This document shows, in pieces, positions 59,567 to 64,000 of a DNA stretch of 64,000 bases. The notes under the pieces are model-generated. The model ran no database searches. It was given only the letters and a program-made list of their open reading frames with translations, and was not told where the DNA came from. The stretch's first letter is position 1. Every line of letters begins with the position of its first letter. The stretch comes from an uncultured Poribacteria bacterium (GTDB taxonomy: Bacteria > Poribacteria > WGA-4E > WGA-3G), in the NCBI GenBank assembly GCA_958296135.2, contig CATQHZ020000001.1, positions 480,001 through 544,000 of the forward strand, in the 5' to 3' direction. The position numbers and the translations under genes were made by a program.

Positions 59567-59757
59567 GAGTTCTCCTTTTGCGCGCTCGTGGCGCGCGGTT
59601 GGTAAACGTTATCTAATCTGATTTTATTAGCACACGCTTTTTTTCTCAAGTTTTTTTAAGACAGTTTCGTGTGAGTGTCTTAAAAACACTTTCGCAACTG
59701 CATATCAAACTTTCAGGGTGCATCGATACGCGGGAGGGCTCTCCTACCGACGTTGTT
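59449..59757 (-). repeat. Duplicated block of about 308 bp, copy 1
   Basis: Near-identical to 58361-58668. Confidence 0.92.
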
Positions 59758-59991
59758 ACGGGAGCCTGACAACGGAAAACTAAATCGTCCTGGAGCGGAA
59801 CGGTTTTGGCTTGACAAAAAACTGCAAATAGGCGATAATTTTTTTTACCCCGACCGGATTGTGCAACTTTTTGGTGTCTTGTTTGTAGTAACAGAAAGCC
59901 ATAGAATTTATGTGGAAACAACCCTGTAACCGCGCCGCCGAGAAAAATAAGGGTTTCGCGTAAGTCTCTCTATCTCTCACGGAGCGCTGCG

Positions 59992-61821
59992 ATGAAAAAT
60001 GTCCTCTTTATCCTCTGCCTCCTGCTGTGCATCGGGCAGGGAGTCGTCAGTGCCGAGGCGGGTACGGTGGCGTTTGATGACTCGGATGCGCCGGAGCCTC
60101 TCTTCCAATTTACCTTCAGTCGGGAGCTCATCGCGCTGGCGACTACCGATGAACGTTTCAGCGCGGTGGAGCATCTGTCCATCCGCACTTACGCCGCCGC
60201 GGATGGCGTTTTTGATGCATTCGTCCGCTATTACGGCGAGACGTTGCAGGCGACAGGGTGGCAGACTTTTGCTGAAGCGGTTGGCATGCATATCTACATT
60301 CTGAAGGAACCAGGTGCGCCCGGCACCATCACCGGCATCTTTGCGATTGTGAAGAGCGGCGAGGAGGTATCCCTACTCAACATCGTCGGTTCGCTGGCAG
60401 AGAACCGGATTGCGGCATTGCTGCGTCGTCTTCATCTGCTTGGTATTGAGATACCTGAGCTGAAATCGCTTCCGGTGACGAGAGCGTCTTCTACTAAAAC
60501 TGGCGGCTCTTCCGATATCAGTATTGGGACAGGAACTCGTCCGCCTCAACCCACACCGCCAACTAGAACCTTCAGTTACACGCTTGATGGTGGATTCGGG
60601 GGCCCGGGTGTCAGGTTTAATCGTGTCACGGGTTGGGAACTGGGTGCTGGGTTTGACTTTGGGATACCGGGGGTTTCAGTTTCAGGTGCACAGCAAAAAC
60701 CGAGATTTTTTGGGGAAATGGGTTACGGATTTGGCAATCGGCTTTTCAGTTACGATATTGGCGTGGATGTGCCGCCGCTGTCATATTCCCGAAGAACAGC
60801 GAGTGCTTCGGGTGGAACGACAACTCGGAATATGACAATTGGGCTTGGATTAAGGGCGAAAGTGTTTCGCGAGACAGATGTCATTATGCCGCACATTACC
60901 CTCGGCGAACGTTATAACAGCCCCTTTTCGCTCATGTATAGCCTTTTCGGTGGTTCGGACTTGCACAACTACTATTTGCGTAACGGGTTCGAGATAGGGC
61001 TCCGCTGGGAAGGCGGGCGGCGCCAGGTGCCGATGCACGCTGTCATGCTGACGTTCCTCGCGGAGACGCACGCAAGTCTGCAAAAAAGCACCGATTGGCA
61101 CTTTCTCAATTGGCAGTCAGAGAGGAAAGCGCGGGAGAATCCGGAGATAACCGATGGGAGGATGCGGAGTCTCGTCTTGCAATACGATTTCAGCACGCGG
61201 GCTTTGAAAGCAGGCGCGCTCGCGAGCGGCACAAACCATCATCTTGAAGACTGGCAAAATACAGAGACTTTGCAAGATGCGATTGCGAGGGGCAAGCTGC
61301 ACCACCTTGGTTGGCACAACACGCTTTTTGTTGAGTATAGCGGTGCTGCGCTCCGGTCTGATTTTGATTTTACGCGGTATCAGCTGCATTTGCGGTATGC
61401 GTATCCGTTAGGCCCCCATCACATCCGTGCGCGGGCGATAGGCAGTTTTGCTACGGCGGCCTTGCCAATTCAACGCCAATTCGTCATCGGCGGGCCGGGC
61501 ACGCTGAACGGCTATTCGCTCTACGAGTTTGCCGGCGACCGGGGTATCCTCGTCAATGTTGAATATTTCCACCACTTGCCGAGTCTATTTGCCGGGCTGG
61601 GGCAACCCCGTTCTGAACTCCCTATTTTTGTCGTGGCGTTTCTTGATGGAGGACAGGTGTGGGCTGCGTCCGGCGAAAATGATGTTTCTGAACCGAGAGG
61701 CAGTGCTGGCATCGGTTTGCAGTTCGGGGAAGATAATTTTATTTTTAGAGGCAACGTTGCGAAGGGTTTTGAAGTGGAGCAAGGGATTCAGTTCAATCTG
61801 GTTTGGTTTTACAGTTTTTAG
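59992..61821 (+). CDS. Exported protein: DUF4252-like N-domain plus probable Omp85/BamA-like outer-membrane barrel
   Basis: Signal peptide; RFNRVTG, IGGPGTLNGY..YEFAGDR, FLDGGQVW, C-terminal Phe. Confidence 0.7.
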   Translation: MKNVLFILCLLLCIGQGVVSAEAGTVAFDDSDAPEPLFQFTFSRELIALATTDERFSAVEHLSIRTYAAADGVFDAFVRYYGETLQATGWQTFAEAVGMHIYILKEPGAPGTITGIFAIVKSGEEVSLLNIVGSLAENRIAALLRRLHLLGIEIPELKSLPVTRASSTKTGGSSDISIGTGTRPPQPTPPTRTFSYTLDGGFGGPGVRFNRVTGWELGAGFDFGIPGVSVSGAQQKPRFFGEMGYGFGNRLFSYDIGVDVPPLSYSRRTASASGGTTTRNMTIGLGLRAKVFRETDVIMPHITLGERYNSPFSLMYSLFGGSDLHNYYLRNGFEIGLRWEGGRRQVPMHAVMLTFLAETHASLQKSTDWHFLNWQSERKARENPEITDGRMRSLVLQYDFSTRALKAGALASGTNHHLEDWQNTETLQDAIARGKLHHLGWHNTLFVEYSGAALRSDFDFTRYQLHLRYAYPLGPHHIRARAIGSFATAALPIQRQFVIGGPGTLNGYSLYEFAGDRGILVNVEYFHHLPSLFAGLGQPRSELPIFVVAFLDGGQVWAASGENDVSEPRGSAGIGLQFGEDNFIFRGNVAKGFEVEQGIQFNLVWFYSF

Positions 61822-61846
61822 TGACATTAAAAAAGTTATCCAAGGC

Positions 61847-62010
61847 ATGTAGTCATCGCCGTTGGCGATGACGGCTTACGCAGGGAGAACTGCTTTGCCA
61901 AGAAAACCGTTATCGAACGCCTCGCGAATGACGAAAACGGCGATGACGGCTTACGTAGGGAGAACTGCTTTGCCAAGAAAACCGTTATCGAACGCCTCAC
62001 GACTGACGAA
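61847..62010 (+). repeat. Two tandem 75-bp family B units overlapping the next gene start
   Basis: atgtagtcatcgccgttggcgatgac head; ggcgatgacggcttacg at 61864 and 61939; aacgcctcgcgaa shared with the rhaI insert. Confidence 0.8.
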
Positions 62011-63268
62011 AACGCGAAAACAGACATACCGCGCCTTATTTGGCTCATTGGTTTTCCATATCGGCTTGATGTTAGTGGTATCGCCGTTCCTCGTGAACCA
62101 TCTCCGCGAAACGAAGGAGAGCATCTCGGTTGAGATACTCAAGCCGGAACCGGCGCGGCAGCGGCCGCAGCGCGTGCTGCGGCAACGTCCGCCGGTGACA
62201 CCACAGGTTGCCAATCAAGGAGAAGCATCTCCAGCTGCGCCAGCTGCGCCGACTTATGCGCCCCAGGTCAGCGCGCCGAAAGCCCCGCAGCACGCGGATG
62301 TTGCCCCGGAGGTAGTCACGCACGCCGAGATTCCGCAGACAGACGCGCCCGCTCTCCCCAATGCCAGTTTTGGCGAAGGAAAGACAGCGGCGGGTCCGGT
62401 TGTCATTGAAGGCGCGCAGGGCGCAGGATACGGCGGCCCCGGTGGGCATGGCACCGGAGGCAGCGGCAGTGGGAACGGCATCGGGGGACGCTTTATCAAA
62501 GGCACGCAGGCAGAAGAACCGGGGTTAGTCGATATTCAGAGTACGAGCGCGGGACTTGGCATTTTTGACACTGCGGTGCTGCCGGGACACGGGTTAACCG
62601 CCGAGCTCTACGTTCTCGAAGGTGCGTCCGCAAGTTTCTCTGTTGATGTCAATGATAAACGGGTGCTACATCTCCGCAGCGGGCCCATTTCGATGATGCC
62701 TAACTTTGAACTTTTGACACCTGTCTATACGTTTGTGGCAGCAAACCTAGATGTGCCGCCGCGCGCCTATACCGAGGGGTTTTCCACGCCACAGCTGGAG
62801 AGTATCACCGAGGATTTCGCTATCCGCTTTCGTGGGGAATTGGCTGTGGATACGCCGGGGGAATGGATGTTCGCGCTTTATTCGGATGACGGCTCAAAGT
62901 TGTTCATTGATGGACAACTCGTTGTTGATAACGACGGTATTCACGCACCGCGGCTTGAAAGGGGCCGTGTGAAGTTAACAGTAGGCAGGCATCCGGTTGA
63001 GATTCACTATTTCCAAGGCCCGCGGCACACTATCGCTTTGCAATGGTTCTATACGCCGCCAAACGGATTTCCGGAGGGCGAAGACCGGCATTCTCAAAGC
63101 CAACGGTTCACAAGCGGATTGAGAAATTCCTTTCATTATTCGCTCAGTACCTCTGGACGGATTGTTCCGCCGGCGCTTATCTATTCTCCTGGCAAGCCTC
63201 GCGTCCCGGATGCGCTGAAGAAGTTGCAGCAGCGGCTTCGCGAGGTTAAGGACGAAGAAAAACGTTGA
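61862..63268 (+). CDS. Membrane-anchored PA14-domain protein with Pro/Gly-rich linker
   Basis: SLVFH TM segment; FAIRFRG, SDDGSKLFIDG..VDNDG.H; start uncertain. Confidence 0.8.
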   Translation: MAMTAYAGRTALPRKPLSNASRMTKTAMTAYVGRTALPRKPLSNASRLTKTRKQTYRALFGSLVFHIGLMLVVSPFLVNHLRETKESISVEILKPEPARQRPQRVLRQRPPVTPQVANQGEASPAAPAAPTYAPQVSAPKAPQHADVAPEVVTHAEIPQTDAPALPNASFGEGKTAAGPVVIEGAQGAGYGGPGGHGTGGSGSGNGIGGRFIKGTQAEEPGLVDIQSTSAGLGIFDTAVLPGHGLTAELYVLEGASASFSVDVNDKRVLHLRSGPISMMPNFELLTPVYTFVAANLDVPPRAYTEGFSTPQLESITEDFAIRFRGELAVDTPGEWMFALYSDDGSKLFIDGQLVVDNDGIHAPRLERGRVKLTVGRHPVEIHYFQGPRHTIALQWFYTPPNGFPEGEDRHSQSQRFTSGLRNSFHYSLSTSGRIVPPALIYSPGKPRVPDALKKLQQRLREVKDEEKR

Positions 63269-63365
63269 CAAATTTTTTGCCCAGTCTGAAACTTTCGTGC
63301 CTTTCACCGTAGCGCGATGGAAAACCTGTTCCTCGCTTCGCACTAAAAAGGAAAGGAGATGTTGC

Positions 63366-64000
63366 ATGAAGAAGTCCTATGAGATTTTGCCCGCTATAGC
63401 AACGTTTCTTTATCAGAAGGGGTTCTTTTGCTTAATCGCGTTCCTGCTGTTGCTCTGTCAGACGACGCGTGCGCAATCAGAGATGGGTTTCGTCGCTTTT
63501 GATTGCCCGAATGTGCCGGCTGCCGAATTTCAATTCGATTTGGATAAACGCGTCATCGCGCTCGTTATGGAAGACCCGGGTTTCAAAAGCATCCCGCTGT
63601 TTAAGACGTTGGAGGCGTTACATCTCCGCCACTACCGAAACCGAACCGTGGATTTGCCGGAGATGCATCGGTATTATCGCGATGGGCTCACCGCGCGCGG
63701 CTGGAACCAGCTCAAGGAGAACCTTCCGAAAACCGATTCGGAACTACACCTCTATACGCTTCGGCAGGACGACAGCGTCTTCGGCATTTTTGTCATCGTC
63801 GAAAGTGACGGAGGGGTTTACCTGATTAACATGGTAGGCGAGATGCCGGCGGGACAAGTACGCGAACTGTTACGTAACCTCCAACACCTCGGTATTGAAA
63901 TCCCTGAATTGATGACGTTAAGGGAGTTAACGGAGGTGTCAATTGTGCCGCTGTCTGAACCGGAGCCTTCGGAAGAGGCGCGAGAAACCGCGCCTAGGAA
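63366..64000 (+). CDS. Exported protein with DUF4252-like N-domain, paralog of 59992-61821 (runs off the window edge)
   Basis: Hand translation MKKSYEILPA...GFVAFD...FQFDL...GIFVIV...LGIEIPEL; AGGAG RBS. Confidence 0.75.
   Translation, partial: MKKSYEILPAIATFLYQKGFFCLIAFLLLLCQTTRAQSEMGFVAFDCPNVPAAEFQFDLDKRVIALVMEDPGFKSIPLFKTLEALHLRHYRNRTVDLPEMHRYYRDGLTARGWNQLKENLPKTDSELHLYTLRQDDSVFGIFVIVESDGGVYLINMVGEMPAGQVRELLRNLQHLGIEIPELMTLRELTEVSIVPLSEPEPSEEARETAPR

Overview
A 64-kb bacterial chromosomal segment, mostly minus-strand genes. It is probably from a Candidatus Poribacteria-like genome. This is inferred from lineage-typical motifs (VEPxxKLATTWGxIK and NYPNPFNPETWIPYQL C-termini, LPEGAxxRLGKG-led WD40 proteins) and was not checked by database search. 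Housekeeping genes (aroC, polA, recG, smc, mgtE, UbiD-family decarboxylase, comF, rhaI) are interleaved with accessory modules: (i) a tandem array of three ABC-ATPases and two DUF4435/TOPRIM genes resembling PARIS (AriA/AriB); (ii) a Uma2 / ABC-ATPase + PD-(D/E)xK / ApaLI-like RM defence cluster; (iii) a tyrosinase + small protein + animal-type heme peroxidase cluster; (iv) a duplicated PIN toxin-antitoxin pair; (v) a two-cassette locus with conserved N-termini and variable C-termini; (vi) a 14-blade WD40 surface protein with hypervariable positions. The most striking cross-cutting signal is a set of GTAG-type palindromic repeat families. They form intergenic arrays, sit in-frame inside at least six protein genes (recG twice, smc, rhaI, comF, a TrxB-like gene, a WD40 gene), supply stop codons to several genes, and supply the translation-initiation region of others. 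I saw no rRNA, tRNA, CRISPR array, integrase or transposase. Several start codons were re-assigned by eye from the ORF track.
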